Below, piece by piece: positions 37,796-47,601 of a stretch of 64,000 bases of DNA. Origin of the DNA: a bacterium (lineage in GTDB: Bacteria > Patescibacteriota > Saccharimonadia > UBA4664 > JBBRNT01); assembly GCA_043767845.1 (NCBI GenBank), contig JAYUFZ010000008.1, positions 4,242-68,241 on the forward strand, in the 5' to 3' direction. Both the position numbers and the translations under genes were made by a program. The stretch's first letter is position 1; every line of letters starts with the position of its first letter. The notes below the pieces were generated by a model that saw only the letters and a list, made by a program, of their open reading frames with translations, was not told the origin of the DNA and did no database searches.

Positions 37796-38703
37796 AAGGC
37801 GCCATCACGACGCTGTTGCTGATTATGCAGCTTACCGGCTTAAGCCGCGTTATTCCGACAGGCGGCCTAGAAAAAGCCGTACTACCCAGCTCTATGGTCG
37901 AGATTAAGCCCAGGCAAAGCCTTGATATACTCACCAGCTCCAGGCCGCAGGCCGTGGCAACTAATCCCGTTTTCAGCCTTAAGGCGGCCAGTGTCTACGC
38001 CCTGGACCGCGAAAGCGGGGTAGTGCTCTATAGCCAGAATGCTGGCCAGGAGCGGCCAATAGCCTCGATCACCAAGCTGATGAGCCTCTTAGTGCTCCTG
38101 CGAGGCCACCAACCCGCAGAAAGCATCACAATCAAAAGCCTTCCTAGCTACAACCCCGAAGACGCCAAGCTTGGCCTAATAAATGGGCAGCAGTTTAGCT
38201 TTTCGGACCTACTCGCGGCCATGCTCATAAAGTCGGCCAACGACTCGGCCGATGCTCTGGCCATCCACGACTCGGGTAGTCTCGAGGCCTTCACCGTGAA
38301 GATGAATAGCCTGCTCAACGAGTGGGGGATAGAGCACAGCCACTTTGCCGCCCCCAGTGGGCTAGTCGATAATAATAACTTTTCTACAGCAGAGAGCTTG
38401 GCTAAAATCGCTGCCTTGGCGCTATCCAATAGTAGTGTCCGGGAACTAGTAAACACCGAGTCAAAAGTGATCCACGATACCAGTGGCAAGCCTTACTCGC
38501 TAGAAACCACCAATCTTCTCTTGAAAGATAATCGTTTTCATGGTATAAAAACAGGATACACGCTGGCCGCTGGACAATCTGTCGTCGCCCTGGCCAGTAT
38601 TAAAGGCCACGACGTCATTACCGTAGTCCTCGGCAGTCCCGACCGCTTCGGTGAAACCACGCAATTAGTAAACTACCTCGAAGGAGCCTATACATGGCAA
38701 TAA
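37792..38703 (+). CDS. Serine-type D-Ala-D-Ala carboxypeptidase (PBP5/DacA-like low-molecular-weight PBP)
   Basis: SITK (SxxK), SAND (SxN) and KTGYT (KTG) motifs. GTG start overlapping the rluB stop. Confidence 0.75.
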   Translation: MKGAITTLLLIMQLTGLSRVIPTGGLEKAVLPSSMVEIKPRQSLDILTSSRPQAVATNPVFSLKAASVYALDRESGVVLYSQNAGQERPIASITKLMSLLVLLRGHQPAESITIKSLPSYNPEDAKLGLINGQQFSFSDLLAAMLIKSANDSADALAIHDSGSLEAFTVKMNSLLNEWGIEHSHFAAPSGLVDNNNFSTAESLAKIAALALSNSSVRELVNTESKVIHDTSGKPYSLETTNLLLKDNRFHGIKTGYTLAAGQSVVALASIKGHDVITVVLGSPDRFGETTQLVNYLEGAYTWQ

Positions 38704-40034
38704 ACCCTACCTCAACCCGCCTGCCTGTCGTTGCCATCGTCGGCCGCGCCAATGTTGGCAAATCAAGCTTATTTAACCGACTTATAGGCCGTCGCCAGGC
38801 CATAACCGACGATAACGCCGGTACCACCCGCGACGCCGTCGGGGCCACCGTCAACTGGAACCGCCACGACTTCCGCTTGCTCGATACCGCTGGGCTGGAA
38901 CAGCCAGGCTCGGAGCTCGAGGAGCAGGTCCAGGAACAAGTTAGCGCCGCCGCCGAGATGGCCGATGTTATCCTGGTAGCCGTTGATGCTGCCACCATTA
39001 TTACCGACCAGGATAGGGAGGCCGCCAAGCGTGCCCTACGCACCAAGAAGCCAGTTATTTTGGTACTCAATAAGGTTGATACTCTGGGTCGCGACTTACC
39101 GGAAGGCTTCGAACGCCTCGGTATCAAAGAAATGATTGGCGTCTCCTCGGCCCATGGTATCGGCACCGGCGACCTGCTCGACGCCATTGTACGCTATCTG
39201 CCCGAGATTCACGCCGATGACCTCGAGCAACCGATCCGATTCGCGCTTATTGGACGCCCAAATGTCGGTAAGTCCAGCTTGCTCAATAGTCTCGCCGGCA
39301 AACAGCAAGCAGTCGTCTCACCAGTCGCCGGAACCACCCGCGACGTTCGCGAGATAGCCATGCGTGCCCACAATAAAGATATAGTTTTAGTTGATACAGC
39401 CGGACTGCGCCGCCGCGGCAAGATTGAAGCCGGGGTCGAAAAGTACAGCGCCTCTAGGACCGCCGCCGCTATCGAATCCAGCGACGTTTGCGCGCTCATC
39501 ATCGATGCCACCGAACCTTCGGTATCTGGCGACCAGCACCTTGGCGGTATGATCCGCGAAGCTGGCAAAGGCATGATTATTGTTATAAACAAATGGGACT
39601 TGGTCGAGAAGGATGATAAAACCCAGTCTGATTTTCTCAAAAAACTGACCGTCGACTTCGCCTTTGCCCCGTGGGCACCGGTGGTCTTTACTTCAGCTGT
39701 AACCGGCCTACACGTCACAGAGCTTCTTAAGCTGGTCACCGAGATCGCTGTCCGCCGCCAGACCCGCATTCCCACCCACGCCTTCAACACTTGGCTGGAG
39801 CGCGTCACGGCCGAGCACCCGCCGTCAGGCAAGGGCAACCGCCACCCAAAGATGAAGTACGGCCTGCAAATCGACTCCAATCCACCGCGCTACGCGCTCT
39901 TTACTACACATTCCGACATCATCCACTTCTCCTACCGCCGCTACCTAGAGAATAGCCTACGCAAAGACTTTGATTTCATTGGCACGCCAATCGAGATCGA
40001 GTATCGAGCCAAGAAAGAGAATGAGAAAGAATGA
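38694..40034 (+). CDS. der: Ribosome-biogenesis GTPase Der (EngA), tandem GTPase domains plus KH-like domain
   Basis: Two G1 motifs (GRANVGKSSLFN and GRPNVGKSSLLN), DTAG motifs, and a KH-like C-terminus. Confidence 0.9.
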   Translation: MAINPTSTRLPVVAIVGRANVGKSSLFNRLIGRRQAITDDNAGTTRDAVGATVNWNRHDFRLLDTAGLEQPGSELEEQVQEQVSAAAEMADVILVAVDAATIITDQDREAAKRALRTKKPVILVLNKVDTLGRDLPEGFERLGIKEMIGVSSAHGIGTGDLLDAIVRYLPEIHADDLEQPIRFALIGRPNVGKSSLLNSLAGKQQAVVSPVAGTTRDVREIAMRAHNKDIVLVDTAGLRRRGKIEAGVEKYSASRTAAAIESSDVCALIIDATEPSVSGDQHLGGMIREAGKGMIIVINKWDLVEKDDKTQSDFLKKLTVDFAFAPWAPVVFTSAVTGLHVTELLKLVTEIAVRRQTRIPTHAFNTWLERVTAEHPPSGKGNRHPKMKYGLQIDSNPPRYALFTTHSDIIHFSYRRYLENSLRKDFDFIGTPIEIEYRAKKENEKE

Positions 40035-40603
40035 AGCTCATAATCGGCCTCGGCAATCCCGGCAGCGAGTATGACCTGACCCGTCACAATTTCGGCTACG
40101 CTGTCCTTGATAGCCTTGCCAGCTCACTTGAAGCGCCGGCTTTTAAACCGAATAAGAAGTTTACTGCCGATATCTGCGAAGTATCACACCGCGGCGACAA
40201 ATTGATTTTGGCTAAACCAACAACTTACATGAATCTCAGCGGTACATCCGTTGGTGGCCTTGTGCAATTCTACAAAATTGCCGCACGAGATGTCTGGGTC
40301 ATCCACGACGAGCTCGACTTGCCATTTGGCGTGATGCGTGTCAAGCAAGGGGGGAGTGATGCCGGCCACAACGGCCTGAAGTCTATATCGAGCGCTATCA
40401 CGCCCGATTACTGGCGTTTCCGCCTTGGTATAGCTAATTCAACGCTACGCAGCCCTGTACCCGCGGTAGATTTTGTGCTGCAAAAATTCAACGGCCATGA
40501 GCAAGAAAAGCTCGAACTAGCCACCGCCAAAGCAACAGATCAAATCCTGCTCTGCCGCAAAACCCCAGCCAGTCTGCACGTACCCGAAATCAAACTTTTT
40601 TAA
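40031..40603 (+). CDS. pth: Peptidyl-tRNA hydrolase
   Basis: MKLIIGLGNPG…YxxTRHNxG. Overlaps the der stop. Confidence 0.9.
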   Translation: MKLIIGLGNPGSEYDLTRHNFGYAVLDSLASSLEAPAFKPNKKFTADICEVSHRGDKLILAKPTTYMNLSGTSVGGLVQFYKIAARDVWVIHDELDLPFGVMRVKQGGSDAGHNGLKSISSAITPDYWRFRLGIANSTLRSPVPAVDFVLQKFNGHEQEKLELATAKATDQILLCRKTPASLHVPEIKLF

Positions 40604-41086
40604 CCTAAGGCTCGGTCCGCATCAGACCCAGCTATCGTCACCCTGAACTTGCCTGCCACGCATCGTTGCAGTGCGTAGGATTCTGGATAAGACTTAGTTC
40701 TCATAGACATATCCCGGATCAAGTCCGGGATGAATACTAAAACGTTTAGAAAGAGAAGGTTACCTTCTCACGCAGAAGAAAGGTAACCTTCTCTTTACTT
40801 TCGGTATTTGTTTGGTATAATGAATTTGTAGAAAATAAAAACCCCCTCGTGATAGGTGGATATCAGTTGGAGGTTTTTATTACACCCTTCAATACACGCA
40901 CGAGGGCGTTTGCCCGGTCACGCAATATATAAATGGTGCCGTTGATTGAAGGGATTAATCCGCCTGTGATTTTGATCTAAAGGAGGGTGCATTTAGACGA
41001 GTCGCAGGCAGGTTAATTTGAGTTTTTGTAATTGTTTAAAGAACGGTTTTTGTGTATGCTCACTAGACTAACACACTTTGTTATTA
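40604..41086 (+). promoter_or_regulatory. 474-nt AT-rich structured intergenic region with several terminator-like hairpins, an extended -10 promoter, and a possible small RNA
   Basis: Four elements. (1) IR TCCCGGA-tcaag-TCCGGGA at 40712..40730. (2) A 13-bp perfect stem AGAGAAGGTTACC…GGTAACCTTCTCT with T-rich tail at 40752..40800. (3) TGgTATAAT at 40813..40821. (4) CCCTTCAAT…ATTGAAGGG enclosing GGGC-gttt-GCCC at about 40885..40963. Confidence 0.4.
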
Positions 41087-41953
41087 ATGTCAACAATAAT
41101 TATGCAAATCTCTGAAATTAGTTATCAATCAAATGACTTCCCAGATAGGCTTCATGAAATTGCAAGCCCTCCAAAGCAGTTGTTTTGCATAGGAACATTG
41201 CACAATGACTCACCTCATGTGGCGATAGTAGGCAGCCGTAAGGTCACCGAGTATGGTCGCGAAACTACCTACCAGCTGTCTTTTGAACTAGCCAAAGCCG
41301 GTATTGTTATTGTAAGTGGGCTAGCACAGGGCGTAGACGGTATTGCCCATCAGGCCGCGATAGATGCCGGAGGATTAACTCTTGCCGTACAAGCTTGTGG
41401 CCTCGATCAAATTTATCCCACCAAACACCGACCACTAGCTAAACAAATATTAGCTAGTGGGGGAGCGATCATCACAGAATATCCTTTTGAAACGATCCCT
41501 TTCAAAAGCAATTTCCCGGCCCGTAACCGCATCATTGCTGGGCTTAGCTTAGCAGTCATCGTCACCGAAGCTGATGCCTCAAGCGGATCACTCATCACCG
41601 CCAACTTTGCGCTGGAGCAAAACCGCCTGGTACTGGCCGTACCAGGCAATATCACCAGCCCTCGCAGTGCTGGGCCAAACAACTTATTACGCTCGGGCGC
41701 TATCCCCGTCACCAATGCCAGCGATGTGCTCGAGGCGCTTGATCTGGAAGCTGGCCAGCCGATGGTCAAAGTCAGGGCTGAGAGCGCCGAAGAAGCTCTG
41801 ATCTTGAAGCTCCTGGCCGAAGGCCACCGCACCAGCCAGACCTTGATAGAGCACAGTCACCTCAGCGCCGGTCGTTTTGCCACCATCATCAGCCTCATGG
41901 AAATCACCGGCAAAGTCCGCAACCTCGGTGCCGGCCACTGGGCCCCACGGTAG
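41087..41953 (+). CDS. dprA: DNA-processing protein A (Smf)
   Basis: VAIVGSRKVTEYG…IVSGLAQGVDGIAHQAAIDAGG…LAVPGNITSP…NLL is the DprA Rossmann-like core. The ORF-track start is a TTG at 41078, so the ATG at 41087 was used. Confidence 0.75.
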   Translation: MSTIIMQISEISYQSNDFPDRLHEIASPPKQLFCIGTLHNDSPHVAIVGSRKVTEYGRETTYQLSFELAKAGIVIVSGLAQGVDGIAHQAAIDAGGLTLAVQACGLDQIYPTKHRPLAKQILASGGAIITEYPFETIPFKSNFPARNRIIAGLSLAVIVTEADASSGSLITANFALEQNRLVLAVPGNITSPRSAGPNNLLRSGAIPVTNASDVLEALDLEAGQPMVKVRAESAEEALILKLLAEGHRTSQTLIEHSHLSAGRFATIISLMEITGKVRNLGAGHWAPR

Positions 41954-42000
41954 CTTTTGTAACAATTTGTACTATAATACGCCGTGTGACCGCACCTACG

Positions 42001-42600
42001 ATGACCAAATCCCTTCTCAACCATGATGGAACTCCGATGTCGCCTGAGCAGCATGATCGGGTGCTAGAATCCAATGCAAAATCGCTGTTATCGATCACAC
42101 ACAAGGCCGCAGGCCGAGGTGGTCAGAAGCGAGCTCGCGGCGGCGCCGAACGAACAACCCAAGACTATGAAGAGAAGAACGCCCATCAAGGAGAAGCCTG
42201 TCGTGATTTTAAAAGCTTGTTTGCGCCACTCGGCCAGACTCCTTACCCCTTCAGCAATGCCGATCGGCGGCTCAGAGCTGCGGCGTATGAGATCTACCGA
42301 AACGCCCGAGTTCCGCTATGGCTCAAAACATCAGTGTCTTCGGGTCTGGTACTCGCGACCGATAGCCGGCCTCTTCTAACTATCTTAGGGCGGCAAGCTT
42401 GCGTCACCGACCACTTCATGCCACGAGGTTACTTTGTTCGAATCCGTAGCGACGTGCTTTTTGACGCCATCGCTGGAGACACTCACAAAGCAAGCTTCTT
42501 TTTCAAGCAAGAGGCAACGTATCCTAGGCTCCAATTCATTCCTTGGTCAGACGACTTTGAGCCGCTGCTTGAGGCCTTGCAGCAGACCATTATTATCTAG
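42001..42600 (+). CDS. Hypothetical protein (~200 aa)
   Basis: The ORF has a GTG at 41986. The TATAAT at 41973..41978 suggests a leaderless or short-leader start at the ATG at 42001. A hairpin (42613..42634) and terminator follow. Confidence 0.4.
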   Translation: MTKSLLNHDGTPMSPEQHDRVLESNAKSLLSITHKAAGRGGQKRARGGAERTTQDYEEKNAHQGEACRDFKSLFAPLGQTPYPFSNADRRLRAAAYEIYRNARVPLWLKTSVSSGLVLATDSRPLLTILGRQACVTDHFMPRGYFVRIRSDVLFDAIAGDTHKASFFFKQEATYPRLQFIPWSDDFEPLLEALQQTIII

Positions 42601-42664
42601 ATAGATCGGCGACCTTTGTGATTACTCACAAAGGAGTAGTGACAAGATATAACGCCCGCCAAAA

Positions 42665-42696
42665 CCCCGCCCGCATAGCCCAATGCGGGTTTTTTG
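42665..42696 (+). terminator. Intrinsic terminator
   Basis: CCCGCAT-agccca-ATGCGGG followed by TTTTTT. Confidence 0.65.
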
Positions 42697-42758
42697 AACC
42701 CGTAGAACAACAAATTAGCTTGACTAAAAGTGCCTCGTCATAGACTGTATATATTTGT

Positions 42759-45074
42759 ATGGCAAAAAATCTCGTTATCGTTGAGTCGCCTGCCAAGGCC
42801 AAAACAATCGAAAAATTCCTCGGTAAGGACTATACGGTCGTTGCCAGTTTCGGCCATGTCCGCGACCTGCCCAAAAAAGGCATGAGCATTGATATAGAGC
42901 ACGGCTTCGCCCCACAGTACGAGGTCAGCCCGGATAAGAAAAAAGTGATTGCCGAGCTCAAACGCCTGGCCAAAGCCGCCGACAATGTCTGGCTCGCAAG
43001 CGATGAAGACCGAGAAGGGGAGGCCATTGCCTGGCACTTGTCCCAGGCCCTATCGCTCCCCAAGGACACCAAGCGCATCGTCTTCCACGAAATCACCATA
43101 GGAGCCATTACCGACGCCCTCAAAACCCCGCGGATTGTTGATCAAAACCTGGTCGATGCCCAGCAAGCCCGCCGTATCCTAGACCGCCTTGTGGGTTATG
43201 AACTCTCTCCAGTCCTTTGGAAGAAAGTCCGCACTGGCCTCTCGGCCGGCCGTGTCCAATCCGTCGCCGTCCGCCTCATAGTGGAACGCGAACGCGAGAT
43301 CGAAGGCTTTATGTCAACTGGGAAATTCAGAATCAAGGCCGAATTTAGCCTCGACGGGGGAGTAACGCTCGATGCCGAGCTACCCAAAAAGTTCGATACA
43401 ATCGAGCTGGCCGAAGCCTTTTTAAAGAAATGCCTAGGCGCCGATTTTACTATCACTTCGGTCGAGACGAAGCCCGCGAAAAAGTCGCCTACCGCCCCAT
43501 TTACCACCTCAACCCTTCAGCAAGAAGCTAGCCGCAAGCTTGGTTTTTCGGTGAAACAAACCATGGTGCTTGCACAAAAGCTTTATGAGACCGGTGCTAT
43601 TACCTACATGCGTACCGACTCGGTACACCTCAGCGCAACAGCCATAGACGGCGCTATCAGCCACATCCAGAGCACCTATGGCAAAGAATACGTCCAAACC
43701 CGCCAGTTCAAGACCAAGTCGGCTGGCGCCCAAGAGGCCCATGAGGCTATCCGCCCAACGAATTTTAATCACCAGTCAGCTGGCGCCGACAGCGGCCAAA
43801 AACGGCTCTACGAGCTCATTTACAAGCGCACGATTGCCTCACAAATGGCCGAAGCCAAACTTGATAAGACAAAAGTTGAAATCACCATCTCGACCACTCC
43901 CGAAAAACTCATTGCCGAAGGGGAAGTCATAGTCTTTGACGGTTTTTTGAAAGTCTATCTCGAAGGCACCGACCACGAAGACAGCGCGGCCGAGGCCAAG
44001 ATGTTGCCACCACTCAAGATGGGCGAGAAGTTGGACTTGACTCAGATGCAGGCTATCGAATCGTTTGATCGACCCAAGCCACGCTACACCGAGGCCAGCC
44101 TAGTGAAGGCCCTCGAAGAAATGGGCATTGGCCGGCCATCGACCTACGCCCCGACCATCTCCACAGTCCAAGACCGTGGCTACGTTGAAAAAGCCGATAT
44201 GGAAGGCGTGGAGCGAAATGTTCGCACCCTGACTTTAGCCAAAGGCCAGATCAAGCCTGCCGAAAGTACCGAGATCACCGGCGCCGAGCGTTCCAAACTC
44301 TTCCCAACCGATATCGGCAGCATTGTGACTGATTTTTTAGTCAAACACTTCCCTAGCATTGTTGACTTTCACTTTACAGCCAAAGTCGAAGGCCAGTTCG
44401 ATGAAATCGAAGACGGCAAACAAACCTGGACCAAGATGATTGGTGACTTCTACAATCCTTTTCACAAAACTGTCCAAGAAGCTGAAGGGATTAGCAGGGA
44501 AGAGGCCTCAGGTGCCAAAGACATCGGGATAGATCCTAAATCCGGTAAGCCTATTATTGCCCGTATGGGCCGCTTTGGCGCCATGCTACAGCTCGGTAGC
44601 GCCGAAGACGAGGAAAAGCCGAAGTTCGCGCCCCTGCCAGCTGGAAAGAAAATTGATACAGTCACCCTCGAAGAAGCCCTTGAGCAATTCAAGCTACCGC
44701 GTGTTCTCGGCCAAACCGCCGCCGGCGACGATATTAAAGCAAATATTGGCCGTTTTGGACCCTACGTCCAATACGCCGGCAAATACGTCTCTATCAAGCC
44801 CGATGATCCCTTCACTATCACCCTGGAACGAGCGCTGGAACTGATTGCGGCCAAAGAAAAGACCGATGCCGAAAAGACTATCCAGTACTTCGAGAAAGAG
44901 GGGATTAGCGTACTCAACGGTCGCTACGGCCCCTACATTACCAACGGCAAGAAGAATGCCAAGATCCCCAAAGATGTCGAGCCCAAGAAACTGACCCTTA
45001 AGCAGTGCAAGGAATTGCTCGAAGTAGCCCCCGCCGCCGGCAAACGCAAGCGCTTCGTCCGCAAGCGCAGCTAG
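42759..45074 (+). CDS. topA: DNA topoisomerase I
   Basis: TOPRIM start MAKNLVIVESPAKAKTIEKFLG. The active-site Tyr region and C-terminal zinc-ribbon-less Lys-rich tail are present. Confidence 0.9.
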   Translation: MAKNLVIVESPAKAKTIEKFLGKDYTVVASFGHVRDLPKKGMSIDIEHGFAPQYEVSPDKKKVIAELKRLAKAADNVWLASDEDREGEAIAWHLSQALSLPKDTKRIVFHEITIGAITDALKTPRIVDQNLVDAQQARRILDRLVGYELSPVLWKKVRTGLSAGRVQSVAVRLIVEREREIEGFMSTGKFRIKAEFSLDGGVTLDAELPKKFDTIELAEAFLKKCLGADFTITSVETKPAKKSPTAPFTTSTLQQEASRKLGFSVKQTMVLAQKLYETGAITYMRTDSVHLSATAIDGAISHIQSTYGKEYVQTRQFKTKSAGAQEAHEAIRPTNFNHQSAGADSGQKRLYELIYKRTIASQMAEAKLDKTKVEITISTTPEKLIAEGEVIVFDGFLKVYLEGTDHEDSAAEAKMLPPLKMGEKLDLTQMQAIESFDRPKPRYTEASLVKALEEMGIGRPSTYAPTISTVQDRGYVEKADMEGVERNVRTLTLAKGQIKPAESTEITGAERSKLFPTDIGSIVTDFLVKHFPSIVDFHFTAKVEGQFDEIEDGKQTWTKMIGDFYNPFHKTVQEAEGISREEASGAKDIGIDPKSGKPIIARMGRFGAMLQLGSAEDEEKPKFAPLPAGKKIDTVTLEEALEQFKLPRVLGQTAAGDDIKANIGRFGPYVQYAGKYVSIKPDDPFTITLERALELIAAKEKTDAEKTIQYFEKEGISVLNGRYGPYITNGKKNAKIPKDVEPKKLTLKQCKELLEVAPAAGKRKRFVRKRS

Positions 45075-45203
45075 TCCTAACCACCTAGGCTAGCCCAAAT
45101 CTCTTGCCCGCTACTCCTGAAAATGGTATAAAACAGTCGAAGATACTGCTGGGTTGTGCTGTTTTGCGCTCTCTATTATTCAAAGTCCTAAGGGTGGACC
45201 CTC

Positions 45204-47528
45204 ATGTCCAAGAAAAAGCGTCGCCATCATAAGAAAAAATTCCAGCCCATCGCTTTTCACGAGAGCCTAGCTGTTTTCGCGCCCGAGCCAGCCAGCTTGA
45301 CGCTGCAAATGCCGTTCCTCGAGGAATCGCTAGCTATTGGCTATGACATCTTTAGCACCTGGGCTCGGCCAAGACTGGAAATCGCCAGCCTATACACTGT
45401 TGCCACCTGGCACGACACGCGCATGGTGATCCGGCCGTTTTTTGCTGCCTTCAAAGCCAAGCGCTTGATTATTGCCTTTGTATTACTGAGTGTCATCGGC
45501 GCTAGTGGTACTGGCGTCTTTGCCTATCGGATGGCCCAAGCCACCATCGCCAAGTACCAATCTCAGATAACTAGCCCAAATATTCTGCTGAACGTTAACC
45601 GCAAGGGTACAACCATCACCGACCGTGACGGCCAAATCCTGTACCAAGGTTATGGCGCGACTGAGCAGGTGCCTGTCAAAATTGATGACCTGCCACCAGC
45701 GCTCATCCAGGCCACGCTGGCCGCCGAAGATCCGAGCTTCTACGACCATGCCGGCTTCTCCTGGAAAGGAACAGCCCGGGCGATATTTGAAGACATCAAA
45801 GCCCATGGCAAAGTCCAGGGTGGTTCGACTATCACCCAGCAACTTATCAAGAACAGTCTATTAACCTCCCAAAAAAGCTACCAGCGCAAATTTGAAGAAA
45901 TAGTCATGTCGGTGGTCCTCGAGCAGCGCTATAGCAAACGCCAGATACTGGAAATGTACCTCAACAAAGTCTACTACGGGCAGGGGAGCTACGGAGTAGG
46001 TAGCGCCGCACAAACCTATTTCCATAAAAACGCCAAGGATTTGACGCTCGATGAGTCGGCCTTACTGGCTGGCCTACCGCTGGGGCCTAGCCGCTTCGAC
46101 CCCAGCCTCAGCCCCAGTGCCGCCAAAGCCCGCCGCGACTTCGTGCTAGAGGAAATGGTCGGCGACGGCTTCATCACGACTGCCCAATCGCACGCCGCTA
46201 CGGCAAAGACTGTGACGGGCTACGAGCGCGTAGTGGCTATCAAGTCCCCACACTTCGTGTTTTATGTCCTTTCCGAGCTGCGCCGGCTCTACGGCGACAA
46301 AGCTGTCGAGGAGGGAGGCATCCTCGTCAAAACTTCGCTCAGCTCCGCCGATCAAGCATTGGGGGAACGACTGGTAGCCGAGCAAGTCGCCCGGATTAGT
46401 GCCGCGCATCACGCCACCAACGGCGGCCTCATATCACTTGATCCCAAGACTGGGGATATTTTGGCTATGGTTGGTAGTATCGACTACAACTATCCAGGCT
46501 TCGGTTCAGTCAATGTCACCACCTCCAAGCTCCAGCCTGGCTCAAGCTTTAAACCCATCGGTTATGCCGCGGCCATGAAAAAAGGCTGGAACGGCGCGAC
46601 GCTCATCGATGACTCACCATTCCAGATAACCCAGCCAGACGGCACAATCTATCGCCCCGCCGACTACGATGGGCGTTTCCGTGGCAAGGTTTTATTGCGC
46701 CGGGCCCTCGGTAACTCACTGAACATCCCTGCCCTCCACGCCATTCAGTTTGCCGGCATTGAATCAGTCATATCAACGGCTAGCGACCTCGGTATTACCA
46801 CGCTTGGCGACAGCTCCAACTATGGCATTAGCCTCATCTTGGGTAGCGCCGAGGTCAAACCCCTCGATATGGCGGCGGTTTATGCCACATTTGCCACTGG
46901 CGGTCTCAGGGTGTCACCAAACGGCATTTTGCAGGTGCTCGACCGCAACGGCAAAGACATTACCAAGCCCAGAGCAGCAGCGGTCCAAGTCCTCGACCCA
47001 CGGATTGTCGGCATGCTCACCGATATCTTGAGCGACAATAATGCCCGCATCGAGGAGTTTGGCCCCAATTCACCGCTCAAGCTCTCAAGGCCAGTGGCCG
47101 CCAAAACCGGCACCACTAACGATTTCCGTGACAACTGGACAGTCGGCTACACCCCCAACCTGGTAACGGCCGTCTGGGTAGGCAATAACGACCACACGCC
47201 AATGATCAGTATTGATGGTATAACAGGCGCGGCGCCAATCTGGCATGATTATATGGAAGCTGTCCTCGCTTCAATGCCGCTTCTGGGTTTCGAGAAACCG
47301 GCCGGGCTCGTCCAGCTCCAGATCTGTGCTAGCGATGGCGGCCTGGCCAACCCCTGGGACCCAAAGACAGGGGAGTGGTTTATTACCGATAACCTACCCA
47401 CCAAGCAATGTAGTACCAAGGAACCGGCTAAGCCCGCCGATCCAGCGCCAATCGAACCCATTATTGTGCCTATCCAATCAGGAAAACCAGGTAAACAGTC
47501 AGGTTTCTGGCCCCCGGGCTTAAATTGA
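45204..47528 (+). CDS. Class A penicillin-binding protein (bifunctional glycosyltransferase/transpeptidase, PBP1A-type)
   Basis: GT51 motifs EDPSFYDHAGF and GGSTITQQL. Transpeptidase motifs SSFKP, SLN and KTGTT. N-terminal TM. Confidence 0.85.
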   Translation: MSKKKRRHHKKKFQPIAFHESLAVFAPEPASLTLQMPFLEESLAIGYDIFSTWARPRLEIASLYTVATWHDTRMVIRPFFAAFKAKRLIIAFVLLSVIGASGTGVFAYRMAQATIAKYQSQITSPNILLNVNRKGTTITDRDGQILYQGYGATEQVPVKIDDLPPALIQATLAAEDPSFYDHAGFSWKGTARAIFEDIKAHGKVQGGSTITQQLIKNSLLTSQKSYQRKFEEIVMSVVLEQRYSKRQILEMYLNKVYYGQGSYGVGSAAQTYFHKNAKDLTLDESALLAGLPLGPSRFDPSLSPSAAKARRDFVLEEMVGDGFITTAQSHAATAKTVTGYERVVAIKSPHFVFYVLSELRRLYGDKAVEEGGILVKTSLSSADQALGERLVAEQVARISAAHHATNGGLISLDPKTGDILAMVGSIDYNYPGFGSVNVTTSKLQPGSSFKPIGYAAAMKKGWNGATLIDDSPFQITQPDGTIYRPADYDGRFRGKVLLRRALGNSLNIPALHAIQFAGIESVISTASDLGITTLGDSSNYGISLILGSAEVKPLDMAAVYATFATGGLRVSPNGILQVLDRNGKDITKPRAAAVQVLDPRIVGMLTDILSDNNARIEEFGPNSPLKLSRPVAAKTGTTNDFRDNWTVGYTPNLVTAVWVGNNDHTPMISIDGITGAAPIWHDYMEAVLASMPLLGFEKPAGLVQLQICASDGGLANPWDPKTGEWFITDNLPTKQCSTKEPAKPADPAPIEPIIVPIQSGKPGKQSGFWPPGLN

Positions 47529-47537
47529 AAAATACTG

Positions 47538-47566
47538 TTGACACAGCTTATGACTTATTTTATAAT
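47538..47566 (+). promoter_or_regulatory. Near-consensus sigma70-type promoter
   Basis: TTGACA, 17 nt, TATAAT, located 35 nt upstream of the GTG start at 47602. Confidence 0.5.
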
Positions 47567-47601
47567 TCTATACAGTCAATAGAGGGGTAGAAGGTAATTA
47601 C

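Noticed and set aside
38618-39880. 189-aa and 223-aa minus-strand ORFs
   Set aside because: They are antisense to der, whose identity is unambiguous from its motifs.
40604-41086. RNase P RNA, tmRNA, SRP RNA or 6S RNA in the pth–dprA spacer
   Set aside because: I looked for the RNase P P4 consensus (AGGAAAGUCCGGGCUC), a tRNA-like TψC/acceptor end for tmRNA, and the SRP helix-8 motif. Only a partial 'AAGTCCGGGA' match exists, inside a simple palindrome. That is not enough to call any of these.
42471-42490. 'GTTCGAATCC' T-loop-like sequence suggesting a third tRNA
   Set aside because: It lies inside the 42001..42600 ORF with no flanking acceptor or anticodon stems that fold into a cloverleaf.
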